Below are positions 50,320 to 59,221 of a DNA stretch of 64,000 nt, piece by piece (the stretch's first letter is position 1; every line of letters begins with the position of its first letter). The notes under the pieces are model-generated. The model was given only the letters and a program-made list of their open reading frames with translations. It made no database searches and had not been told where the DNA came from. This DNA is from an uncultured virus (IMG/VR IMGVR_UViG_3300028591_000145) (Duplodnaviria; Heunggongvirae; Uroviricota; Caudoviricetes), in the IMG/VR virus record IMGVR_UViG_3300028591_000145, one strand, 5' to 3'. A program made the translations under genes and the position numbers.

Positions 50320-50817
50320 TCATGTTGTAGAAGATGAAGAATCTGTCGGTTCAATCTTCGTATCCATTTCCTTGTATTCGTCAATAGTACAAGAAATAGA
50401 TGCAACAAGAAGTTCGTTCTGTCCAACATCCGGAAGAGGAACTTTCTCACCCGGCTGTGCTACAACGAAAAATGCTTCATCAAGGTTCGGAATATCAATC
50501 TGGAACCATGTTCTCTTACCACTTGCAAGAGCGGTTTTTGCGGATGTAAGCATTGTCTTATAGATAGTCTTGGTTTCGGTTGTAAGGTTGAAGTCAAAAC
50601 TCCAATCACCACCTGTTGACTGTCTACCTGCAATACTACGTTCAGTGCTGTCTTCAAGAGCAGACGCGTCAATAGTTTCAGTATCAAGTTCAATACCTGA
50701 AATCTGGTTTACTCTAGGAAGGAGAGTAAATGTAGCAGGTTTCTGTCCCGCAGTGGTTTCAATACCATAACTCAGTCGTACTCCGAGTGTACTAACACCT
50801 GCAATCGTAACTGCCAT
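50320..50817 (-). CDS. Major tail protein
   Basis: STLG..L.YG.E...G, ETIDASALED...I.GR..TGG. Confidence 0.88.
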   Translation of the reverse strand: MAVTIAGVSTLGVRLSYGIETTAGQKPATFTLLPRVNQISGIELDTETIDASALEDSTERSIAGRQSTGGDWSFDFNLTTETKTIYKTMLTSAKTALASGKRTWFQIDIPNLDEAFFVVAQPGEKVPLPDVGQNELLVASISCTIDEYKEMDTKIEPTDSSSSTT

Positions 50818-50877
50818 ATTAGTTTCCTTTCTCCCCTAATTATTTGGGGTAAGCGATTGCTACATATTAGCAATCGG
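50818..50877 (-). promoter_or_regulatory. Two-hairpin leader motif, copy B
   Basis: CCGATTGCTA-loop-TAGCAATCG-CTT-ACCCC-loop-GGGG-AGAAAGG...ATG. Confidence 0.75.
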
Positions 50878-50888
50878 TAAAATTGTCA

Positions 50889-51299
50889 TTATTCACTTAA
50901 ATCTCTTAGAAAATAGCCGCAATAGTTATTCAGAATAAAACGGCTTGTGATTTTTGTAACAGTATCACTTACCTTAATCAGTTCCGAATTACCTATTCTG
51001 CGGAAACCTAACTCAATAAAAAAGTTTGCACTTGCTGAATCAATATCATACAGCATTGTGTATTTATTTGAATTTATATAGGCTTCAGTCTCAAAAGTAA
51101 GGTTTATGCTTGCTTCATCATTTTGCAATGTACTACCACTTGTCGGTCTGCCTATAAGTCTGAAATTGGCATATGGGAAATTGGCTTGTTTCTTTGTGTC
51201 AAATACCATTCCGAAGTATTTCGCTTTAGAATTAGCTAACAGGTATTCTCTCCAAGCACTATAAACATCGTCTATATTGAATTCAATCCCAGTAGCCAT
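50889..51299 (-). CDS. Tail completion/terminator protein
   Basis: Position before the MTP; FPY and LGFRR motifs. Confidence 0.7.
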   Translation of the reverse strand: MATGIEFNIDDVYSAWREYLLANSKAKYFGMVFDTKKQANFPYANFRLIGRPTSGSTLQNDEASINLTFETEAYINSNKYTMLYDIDSASANFFIELGFRRIGNSELIKVSDTVTKITSRFILNNYCGYFLRDLSE

Positions 51300-51868
51300 T
51301 ACTTAAATACCTCTTTTGCTATCTCAATAAACTGTTTATGAATTTCCGCATCAGCATAGTACATTGGCATTGCGGCTTCTGTACCTTTGCTCATTACCCA
51401 TTCATGTGTTTCATCGTCAATATAAAACCAGTAATCTTCTAGCCCGTGACCTTTACCGTATGAACCTATAATCATTCCAAGTGGTTGACCATATGGATTC
51501 GGACTTGTGCCACCTGCGCCATTATAAGCAACACCTGCACCGAATTCAATAAAAGCTACATCTTTTCCGCATAAGGCAAGTGTGACTTTTACTTTTGAAC
51601 CAGATTCTTCTAACCACGCATATGTATGCAGGTCATTGAAATCAGAATCACCATGACTGTATTTATGAGCATCAATTACCCTAACTCCAAGTTCTGATAA
51701 TCTTTGAACAAATATAGATGTTTTAAATCTTATCTGTTCTTTATATAACTTCAGTTCCTTGCAAGTCTTTTTTATCGAATTAACCGATAAATTAACCTTG
51801 ACCGTCTTGCTCATCATCGTCACCATCTGGTTCGGGTTCAGGTTCAGTCTCTTCTTCTGTTTCTTCAC
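51299..51868 (-). CDS. HK97 gp10-like neck protein (true start probably ~51814)
   Basis: AFIEFGAG, W.Y, GT.A.MPMY. Confidence 0.75.
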   Translation of the reverse strand: MKKQKKRLNLNPNQMVTMMSKTVKVNLSVNSIKKTCKELKLYKEQIRFKTSIFVQRLSELGVRVIDAHKYSHGDSDFNDLHTYAWLEESGSKVKVTLALCGKDVAFIEFGAGVAYNGAGGTSPNPYGQPLGMIIGSYGKGHGLEDYWFYIDDETHEWVMSKGTEAAMPMYYADAEIHKQFIEIAKEVFK

Positions 51869-52247
51869 CTGCTATTTTCTTTATGCCATATCTCGCAATC
51901 GTTCCTCTAGCAGTATCCATTATGTGAGTTAACACATAATCTGGCTTTACATTCGGTTCACCGTTTTCACCTAATATTAGTTCGCCGTTGTCATCTAACT
52001 CAGGTTCCCTATCCACAAATAACACCATACCCTCTTCTGGGTGAAAATTCCTGTCAAATGATACAAAGTATCTTGTGTATTCAGAAACTAAACCGACTGG
52101 AAGTTCATGTGGCGTACCTGATGTGTTTGACACAGACACTCGATGCATTTCAGGTTTACTATATGCGGTTATCGGCTCCATGTGTGAATCATCTATACTA
52201 GCCTTGCATATCCAAATATTTTGCTTTCGTCTACGCAAACTTCTCAT
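51792..52247 (-). CDS. Head closure protein
   Basis: MRSLRR.KQ start, Y.KP and PDY motifs; neck position. Confidence 0.7.
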   Translation of the reverse strand: MRSLRRRKQNIWICKASIDDSHMEPITAYSKPEMHRVSVSNTSGTPHELPVGLVSEYTRYFVSFDRNFHPEEGMVLFVDREPELDDNGELILGENGEPNVKPDYVLTHIMDTARGTIARYGIKKIAGEETEEETEPEPEPDGDDDEQDGQG

Positions 52248-52351
52248 AATGTGACCTCATTTATTTATAATGTTCCTGCCCGCCTTTATTGGAACAACCC
52301 TACGCCAAGTACGTGAGGCCGCAACGCAACCATGACGCACACACATCCTAC

Positions 52352-52708
52352 TCATTTAACTATTTTAGCTATTGGAATAATGCCACGGAAGAAACTATCA
52401 GGAGTGCCACCAGATTCCCACGATGTAGTCTGACCCGCTTCATAAAATGTTGTAACACCTTCTTTGCCTATCTTATCGTAATGATATTCAGCAATTCGTC
52501 TGATATTTGTTCTGTATTTGTTCAAAACTTGTTTTTCTTGTGTTTCGCGTTCAGAATCATTATTGTATCCATTAGGGAATCTGGCATTCCTCACTTCTTC
52601 TATGGCATCATCAATCATAGCTTCAACGAGAGGACGCTGCTCATCTGTATAATCATCAGATGCATATTTGATTAGAATATACACAAGTTCCGCTCTCGTT
52701 GTGTTCAT
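52352..52708 (-). CDS. Head-tail connector protein
   Basis: Helical, Y.KIG.EG....E.G...W motif. Confidence 0.75.
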   Translation of the reverse strand: MNTTRAELVYILIKYASDDYTDEQRPLVEAMIDDAIEEVRNARFPNGYNNDSERETQEKQVLNKYRTNIRRIAEYHYDKIGKEGVTTFYEAGQTTSWESGGTPDSFFRGIIPIAKIVK

Positions 52709-52710
52709 CT

Positions 52711-52878
52711 TTAATCCCTCTTTACATTAGGTCTTCCACGCTTTTTGCTTGCTACGTCATCTGTTGTAGTATCAAGCTGCTGTTCAATATTATGAGCAGG
52801 TTTTTTCTCTTCAATCGGAACATTTTCTCCTGCCATATAGAGAACATCTTTATATTTTACAATATGATCAAAAACCAT
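52711..52878 (-). CDS. Small head-associated protein (55 aa)
   Basis: Read by hand: MVFDHIVKYKDVLYMAGENVP...KKRGRP; GAGG RBS. Confidence 0.65.
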   Translation of the reverse strand: MVFDHIVKYKDVLYMAGENVPIEEKKPAHNIEQQLDTTTDDVASKKRGRPNVKRD

Positions 52879-52891
52879 GTGATTACCTCAA

Positions 52892-53959
52892 TTATTTTAC
52901 TTTAAGCACATACAGACCATCCATGCCTTCAAATGACGGAAGTGCGATCTGAGAAACAGTTGTCTCATGACGTACAGGCGGGCCATAGATGTTCTGAATT
53001 GCAACTGCAATGCCAGAATCAAGAATTGAAACATCTACTTTTGCATCTCCAAGGAGTGTTCTTTCTTCCGGTGTTTGCCCTGTATATGTCGAACCAAGCG
53101 TTCCATCAGCGATAACGGACACATAATCATCCGGGAAGAATTTCTTCTGCGTGCCGTCATAATCTTCATACTTCTTATCGTAAATAAGAGGAATTAGACC
53201 TGTTTTTCTCTGAAAAACTTCTTTTGCTGTACCTCTGTCAAGGAAGTCAACTGCATTCCCGGTAATTGTAATAAGTGCATTCCTCATTTGGTCAGCGGAT
53301 ACAAGCATATTCAGAGTAGTTGTATTCATGAGTGCGTATTTCGCTGAATATCCATAATTCGCAAGAGCATCTACAGCATCCTGAATATCATTAAGTGGTT
53401 TACATGTGCTTGTCTGGTTCCACCTATTATCGCCTGTAAGCAGTTCATAATGATTATTCTTCCACGAACTATCCTGATCGTAGTTATACTTGTAAATCGT
53501 ATTATCAGCCGTGCCAATCTGAATGACCATATTACCGGAATCCGGAGCGAGAAGAGCCATTCTCATGCGTTCAGCAGCAATACGCGCACCATCGACAAGG
53601 TTTTTAACATCATCATATACATGCTCAATAGCATCCTGTGCAAACGGATCGTTAGCATCCATTGCCCTCTGAATTTCAAACAAATCCTTTTCTGAAATCT
53701 TCATAGATTCGCGGAAAAGTGGCATTTCCTCATTGACTACTGTGAAACCCTTGCGCGGTCTAATTGTTGCAAGAGCATCATATGTAGAAGGCTTCAGAAC
53801 TACGCCAAGCCCGTTATGAGCCTTAATCCATCTCAGGTCAATGCCTGCTTTTCTCTTTACCGGGAAAAATGCTTCACCCATATAAGGAATTGTATTACTC
53901 TTATCGTTCGTCAGACGAAAAGCGATACTTTTCGCTGTAAAAACATCATTAAATCTCAT
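52892..53959 (-). CDS. Major capsid protein (lambda gpE-like family)
   Basis: FFP.K...G, MPLFRE...I.E.D, E.MRM..L, G.TPEE, LPSFE. Confidence 0.9.
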   Translation of the reverse strand: MRFNDVFTAKSIAFRLTNDKSNTIPYMGEAFFPVKRKAGIDLRWIKAHNGLGVVLKPSTYDALATIRPRKGFTVVNEEMPLFRESMKISEKDLFEIQRAMDANDPFAQDAIEHVYDDVKNLVDGARIAAERMRMALLAPDSGNMVIQIGTADNTIYKYNYDQDSSWKNNHYELLTGDNRWNQTSTCKPLNDIQDAVDALANYGYSAKYALMNTTTLNMLVSADQMRNALITITGNAVDFLDRGTAKEVFQRKTGLIPLIYDKKYEDYDGTQKKFFPDDYVSVIADGTLGSTYTGQTPEERTLLGDAKVDVSILDSGIAVAIQNIYGPPVRHETTVSQIALPSFEGMDGLYVLKVK

Positions 53960-54013
53960 TTTATTTTACTCCTATATTTTTGAAGTCAGCGGCTACATCT
54001 ATTCTGTAGTCGG
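53960..54013 (-). promoter_or_regulatory. Two-hairpin leader motif, copy C
   Basis: CCGACTACA-loop-TGTAGCCG-CTG-ACTTC-loop-GGAGT...ATG. Confidence 0.75.
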
Positions 54014-54042
54014 TTAATTAGTATCATTTATGTTGTCTAATA

Positions 54043-54471
54043 TCACGTTGTACCAGTTGAGTACCCAGATGCAATAATCGGTTCCTCGAATGCAATTCTG
54101 CAACCTGCGGCATTAAGTGCCGTTACAAGAGCCGCATCATATGTAAGACCAGAACTCTCTTCTGCACGAGTTGTATGCACATAGCCAGTTTTAAGAACTG
54201 CAACCTGCGGATAACTTTCATAAACATCATGAAGAAGTAGACCAATCGCTCCTGTCCACGGTGTCTCGGACACAACTTCACCATCTGCATTGATCGGAGT
54301 TCCTGCCTTAATATACCTCACACCAAAATCATCAGCATCAGAAACGCCTGTAAAATCAGCAGTGAATGATACAGCTTCAAACTCTTTACGGTTAAGGATT
54401 TCGACTTCATTACTAACACTAACAGTGTTAATTCTCATATCACCTCTAGCCATTTTAAAACCACCTTTCAA
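54043..54471 (-). CDS. Head decoration protein (true start probably ~54453)
   Basis: IKAGTPI...G, G.LLHDV; between scaffold and MCP. Confidence 0.75.
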   Translation of the reverse strand: MKGGFKMARGDMRINTVSVSNEVEILNRKEFEAVSFTADFTGVSDADDFGVRYIKAGTPINADGEVVSETPWTGAIGLLLHDVYESYPQVAVLKTGYVHTTRAEESSGLTYDAALVTALNAAGCRIAFEEPIIASGYSTGTT

Positions 54472-55173
54472 TTACATATAATTTTTAAGTATATCTTGGC
54501 TTTCGCCATTAAAATTGTTATTTGATTTTTGAATACTCGCTTTTGCAAGCATCATTGCCGGGTCATCTTTATCAGAATCTCCGTTACCTGCGTGAATATC
54601 AGGTCTGGATTTAAGCAAATCCTGAATTGCCTTATCTGCTGCTACTTTTTCTCTTCCTTTAACAAACGCACCAAGTTTATCAAAGAATGAGTCAGCATCT
54701 TCAAATTCAGGCATTGTAGCTGCGAATGCGTCAGCATCAGCTTCTGCCATTCCTACGCCAACAAGTCTCTTGCTGTACTTATTTGTGCGGAGTTCCTTTT
54801 CCATTTCAGCAAAACGTCTTTCCCTAGCTTCTTGCGCTTCTGTTTCAAGTTGGTCTGCTGTCATAAGGCTCTTGTTCTTATCAGTGAGCTCTTTAATCTG
54901 CTTATTCTGCTTTGAAATTGAATTCTTATAACGTTCTGCGTCTGCTTTTGCTTTGGCGAGTTCTGCTTTAATTAGTTCGATTGACTCTGAATTATCAACA
55001 TCATCTGCGTTGCCCGTATCAACTTCACTTGTTCCTGATCCATTACCGGAACCATCTAAATCGCCGTCAAGTGATTCACCTACATCTACATTTCCTTCCG
55101 GTGCTACTACAAAACGTGCATGTTTGCCAAAAATACGACTGTTGCTGAAATGATTATTCATAAATTTTCTCAT
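54472..55173 (-). CDS. Capsid scaffolding protein
   Basis: Acidic N-terminus, coiled coil, P..G tail; AGAAAGG RBS before ATG 55173. Confidence 0.8.
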   Translation of the reverse strand: MRKFMNNHFSNSRIFGKHARFVVAPEGNVDVGESLDGDLDGSGNGSGTSEVDTGNADDVDNSESIELIKAELAKAKADAERYKNSISKQNKQIKELTDKNKSLMTADQLETEAQEARERRFAEMEKELRTNKYSKRLVGVGMAEADADAFAATMPEFEDADSFFDKLGAFVKGREKVAADKAIQDLLKSRPDIHAGNGDSDKDDPAMMLAKASIQKSNNNFNGESQDILKNYM

Positions 55174-55196
55174 AAAGATAACCTTTCTGTTTGTTC

Positions 55197-55312
55197 TGCG
55201 GTTGTCTCCGCATTGTGTTTTGGATTTGTATTGCGGCATTCCCTTGCCGCCTGTGTTTGTTTTGTGAAATCACTGGCAGTTCCCTCTGCCGTTATATAAA
55301 AGCCTTACGGCT
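55197..55312 (-). promoter_or_regulatory. Tandem purine-loop hairpins in the scaffold leader
   Basis: GGCAG-AGGGAA-CTGCC, GCGGCA-AGGGAA-TGCCGC, TGCGG-AGACAA-CCGCA. Confidence 0.7.
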
Positions 55313-55319
55313 ATTATTT

Positions 55320-56264
55320 TTAAATGAATTCTTTATTTGCCTGTTCACCGTATACTTGTGACAGGATATGATTTGTACTTGTTAATCTACACGGCACATC
55401 ACACATTGACATATCTGTATGCGCCAAACGTTTCTTTTCTAAAATATCATCATCCATGATATGACCAATAATCTGATACGGTTTATGACAACAGTACATC
55501 ACTTCTCCGTGTTCATTTAACGCGATTTGTGACCACTGACCTATACAACTGTCAAATTGTATTCCAAGCATATTCCACTTGAAATTTTTAATTACCCGGT
55601 CATCATTTTTCTTTATTGCATCTATTTTATCAGTGATACTTTTTGTATCTGGATGTTTGTGATAGTATTCACCGTCTGTACTCTCAACTGGCCTGATTAC
55701 AATATAATCAACTGGCAAGTTCATATTCGCTTCGTAAAATCTATCCACTTCTTCTGTGTTCTTTGCTAATAACTGGATTCCTAAACGAGTTGCATTTGTC
55801 TTGTATTGTGCATATTCACAGATATTTTCTATAACCGTTTTATATGCACGGACACCACGTTTCGCTTCGTAACTATCTTCATCCCATGCATCTAAAGATA
55901 CTTTCAAATAATCAGGGTTTATCTCTACAAAACGATTGAAGTTAGTGTTAATTCCATATGGGATACCTGTATCTTCTAACCATTTTGTAATATCACCAAA
56001 ATCTTTTGCGATAGTGGGTTCTCCACCACCTGTAAGGATAAAACCCTGTACTCCCAATTCGCGCAATCTAACAGCATATCGCACAAAATCATCTATTGGC
56101 ATTGAATAAGCATCACTGCTAAATTCCCAACGCCTATATGTGCAATATCCGCACTTGTTATTACAGTAATTATCTAAGAAAATATCCGCTGTAATTGGTG
56201 CATGATTATCATTTATGCGGTCTATGTATTTTAGTATTTTCCCGCTATTAATTGCATCACTCAT
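55320..56264 (-). CDS. Radical SAM protein with SPASM/twitch-like C-terminus
   Basis: CNNKCGYC, GGGEPT, C-terminal C...G.V..CC...C...C. Confidence 0.9.
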   Translation of the reverse strand: MSDAINSGKILKYIDRINDNHAPITADIFLDNYCNNKCGYCTYRRWEFSSDAYSMPIDDFVRYAVRLRELGVQGFILTGGGEPTIAKDFGDITKWLEDTGIPYGINTNFNRFVEINPDYLKVSLDAWDEDSYEAKRGVRAYKTVIENICEYAQYKTNATRLGIQLLAKNTEEVDRFYEANMNLPVDYIVIRPVESTDGEYYHKHPDTKSITDKIDAIKKNDDRVIKNFKWNMLGIQFDSCIGQWSQIALNEHGEVMYCCHKPYQIIGHIMDDDILEKKRLAHTDMSMCDVPCRLTSTNHILSQVYGEQANKEFI

Positions 56265-56273
56265 ATATATAAT

Positions 56274-56909
56274 CTATGAAAATGTAAGGTTACATCTGCA
56301 TCCTGCTATTTCATCATCGGACACATCTAAACTGTCATCTCTCGGATATTGCAGATACCCACCTCTTAGTTGAAATGGTTCATCTATAGGAATGGTAATG
56401 CCATTTACTTCTGCATGACTATCTCTTTCACGACCATCCATTATTGTGTTCCATGTCTTAAAATGTTTATTTTTTATAGCATCTTCATATTCCGTATGAT
56501 TAAATATTGAATTTGATTCGTTTTCTGCTATCGCTCTTGCCCTATCTTTACTGTAGAAATACGGGTCTTCTTTATGCCGAAGCAATACTTCTATTGTATT
56601 TGTGACAGTAGATAATACATGTGCAATAATGTATTCATCAGGTTGAACAAAATTCTTTATTATCTCAAGATATTCTCGCCTTGTCCGTTCATAAATATCA
56701 GACATAACAATTATTTTTAATTGCTCCGCATAAAAATATTCCGAAAGCAATCCTATAAATAAACCATTTATTTGTTCTGCTAACTTAATACGCTTTTTCT
56801 TTTGAGCGGTACTTATTTTCATAGGTGCATAGTATTCTTTAAACGGTTCGGACACTTTATAACCGACAAGCTGATTTAATTCATCCCATGTCATTTTAGC
56901 GAGTGCCAT
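56274..56909 (-). CDS. Minor head protein (SPP1 gp7 / Mu F-like)
   Basis: RARAIAENE, KTW....D.RERDSH, YPRD, CRC. Confidence 0.88.
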   Translation of the reverse strand: MALAKMTWDELNQLVGYKVSEPFKEYYAPMKISTAQKKKRIKLAEQINGLFIGLLSEYFYAEQLKIIVMSDIYERTRREYLEIIKNFVQPDEYIIAHVLSTVTNTIEVLLRHKEDPYFYSKDRARAIAENESNSIFNHTEYEDAIKNKHFKTWNTIMDGRERDSHAEVNGITIPIDEPFQLRGGYLQYPRDDSLDVSDDEIAGCRCNLTFS

Positions 56910-56911
56910 AG

Positions 56912-58510
56912 TTAAACACCTGCCTGAAGTCTAGGACTATTATCAATTTGGTCTGATAAATCCTGAAGGATTCTATCATTTTCCTCAAGTGGTTTATCAG
57001 GATTTGTTGCCTGATCCCCAGATGTAGTAGGCTGTGCGATACAGACTTTTTCCTGATATGCTGTAACCATATCTTTAGAGTCTGCATAAACCTGCTCGCT
57101 GTCCTCAAAGATTTCGCACACTTTGATTGCATGTCTAGGATGAACGCCGCGACCTACAAGAGTTGCAAATGCATTTGCTTTAACGGACAAATCATAATTT
57201 CGCCTACGCGAAAAATGAATATCTATATCTGTGTGATGGACTTTCCTAATTGGACTATCCATAGGAAGTATATTTTCAGGAACAAACTTAATTGCTTTGA
57301 GAATCAGTTTCAGTTCTTCCCTTGCAGCAAATTCTATTGAATTCTGTTCCTGTAAAGCATCTAATTCTGCCGCCGACCAACCTGCCGACATATCTACAGC
57401 AGAACCAGTTGAACCGCCGCCTGTAGTCTCTGACTGAACCGGCACATAGCATTTCTGTAGAATATGGTTGAATTTTCTATATAACTGATTCTGTGCTGAA
57501 GCACTGTCATATGTACTGGCTAATGGTGCAATCTTTGCATCGCTTGCGCGTTCACCAAGTCCTTGTGGCGTATTAGTAAGCACCCAATCACCGGACTTAG
57601 GTTGTTTCGGATTGCCCTGTTCATCTTCAGGTAATGCAATATTATGCCCCCACCAGATATCTTGTGTTCTCTGTGTAGAATCATTTGCAATATCTGAAGC
57701 CTGTGCATCGAGCGCATCCATATCAGCTATACAGTGTTCAAAGCATCCGGTTAAATCAACATCTCTATTCCACTCGACAATCGGTATTTTACCGAGTGGA
57801 TTTATAGAGACTTTTGTGATTTCGCCGTTCTTAATCTCATATATAAGAGAATCTGTATAACATGTAAATACCGTTGAAGTGTCTTCGTTCTTAACATAAG
57901 TCACTCCAAGTACTTTCTTTCTACCTATACCGTTATGATATACGCAGAATGTATATCGTGAATCCAAGTCGTACACATGACACAGTGAGCCGATATATTC
58001 GCCTTCGCCATTTATCAGAATATCATCATCGTCATATTCATCAGCAAGTTTAATTTCCACCAAAGAATGACCGATTCCTGTCTTTTCAACATACTTGGCA
58101 ATTTGTTGCCTTTTGTACGAAATGTCCTCTCCATTGCGAAGCATTTCGTTCAAACCTGTGATACCTGTATCATCGACAATTTCATCGGATGCATGTATTT
58201 CCTGATTACCTCTCTGGATATACATTGCAGGTGTACCCCAAAAATATCCTATATGAAATCTCGATACGTAGTGAGCGATATTATCTACTACTTTATAATT
58301 TATATCTTCACGAATTTTCTTTTCCCTGTCTCTAATAGCAGGATGAATACCTGCTTCGTAATCAATTAGAAAATCCATATCAACCACATTTTCGCAATGT
58401 TTGGAATATGCATTTCCTAATACGGATAAGATATTCAATTCATTTATATATTTTTGATCCGTATAAATACGTTTTCTTCCAACATGGTTCAATGCGAATT
58501 TGTTAATCAT
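56912..58510 (-). CDS. Portal protein (SPP1 gp6-like)
   Basis: N.A......GY.WG.P, NPLGKIPIVE, size and position. Confidence 0.88.
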   Translation of the reverse strand: MINKFALNHVGRKRIYTDQKYINELNILSVLGNAYSKHCENVVDMDFLIDYEAGIHPAIRDREKKIREDINYKVVDNIAHYVSRFHIGYFWGTPAMYIQRGNQEIHASDEIVDDTGITGLNEMLRNGEDISYKRQQIAKYVEKTGIGHSLVEIKLADEYDDDDILINGEGEYIGSLCHVYDLDSRYTFCVYHNGIGRKKVLGVTYVKNEDTSTVFTCYTDSLIYEIKNGEITKVSINPLGKIPIVEWNRDVDLTGCFEHCIADMDALDAQASDIANDSTQRTQDIWWGHNIALPEDEQGNPKQPKSGDWVLTNTPQGLGERASDAKIAPLASTYDSASAQNQLYRKFNHILQKCYVPVQSETTGGGSTGSAVDMSAGWSAAELDALQEQNSIEFAAREELKLILKAIKFVPENILPMDSPIRKVHHTDIDIHFSRRRNYDLSVKANAFATLVGRGVHPRHAIKVCEIFEDSEQVYADSKDMVTAYQEKVCIAQPTTSGDQATNPDKPLEENDRILQDLSDQIDNSPRLQAGV

Positions 58511-58700
58511 TATCTATTACGATGCCCTTCTTAATCAATTCACGGATACGAATTTTAGTAGCAATTTGTTCTAGTGTTAGATATTCACCTCTAAATTCGA
58601 CGCCAGATGCTTGAAAATAATTCATTGATGGATTTTTAACAAAATGTGTATTCTTTTTCTTTTCTATGTCTTTTTTCTTACTTGTCTTTGATTTTTCCAT
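58503..58700 (-). CDS. Small basic hypothetical protein
   Basis: First ORF after the putative late promoter, overlapping the portal start. Confidence 0.5.
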   Translation of the reverse strand: MEKSKTSKKKDIEKKKNTHFVKNPSMNYFQASGVEFRGEYLTLEQIATKIRIRELIKKGIVIDND

Positions 58701-58723
58701 ATCATTTCACTATCTCAGTGTAA

Positions 58724-58755
58724 ATTGTAACACATATAAAAGTAACAAAAGTAAC
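58724..58755 (-). promoter_or_regulatory. Putative activator-dependent late promoter
   Basis: (GTTACTTTT)x2 then TG-T-TACAAT, immediately after the RinA-like gene. Confidence 0.6.
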
Positions 58756-58759
58756 AACT

Positions 58760-59209
58760 TTATAATTTATCTATATATCTTTTATATGCCATTTTTACAC
58801 ACGCTTCTGTGTTGCCACCACCCATTTTAAAAGCAACTTGTCTCCATGTAAGACCGTCAATAAAACGATATGTAACTATAGCTTTTATAAATTCATCGTC
58901 AATGCTGTCAATAAATTCACGTATTTGAGATAACGCTAAATCATTCGCGTCTTGCATCTTTCGCACACGTTTTAATTCGAGATTTATAATGTGGTTATCA
59001 AACTTATCGTCATCCCCATCGATGCCCTCAACCTTCGAAATATGCGCTATATATGGGAATTGTTGGTCTGATGCAACGACACCATCTATTAAAATCTTAG
59101 ACCGTATATCATCACGTTCGGATAGTAGTGATTCTATCCGGTCATTTAAACGCTTTTGTTCTAGTTTTAGTTTTTGGTATTTCTCAAATGTAACTTTTTT
59201 GTTTTCCAT
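58760..59209 (-). CDS. RinA/ArpU-like late transcriptional activator
   Basis: FIDSIDD...I..YRFIDGLTWRQVA..MG HTH. Confidence 0.8.
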   Translation of the reverse strand: MENKKVTFEKYQKLKLEQKRLNDRIESLLSERDDIRSKILIDGVVASDQQFPYIAHISKVEGIDGDDDKFDNHIINLELKRVRKMQDANDLALSQIREFIDSIDDEFIKAIVTYRFIDGLTWRQVAFKMGGGNTEACVKMAYKRYIDKL

Positions 59210-59221
59210 TGACGCAAATCC

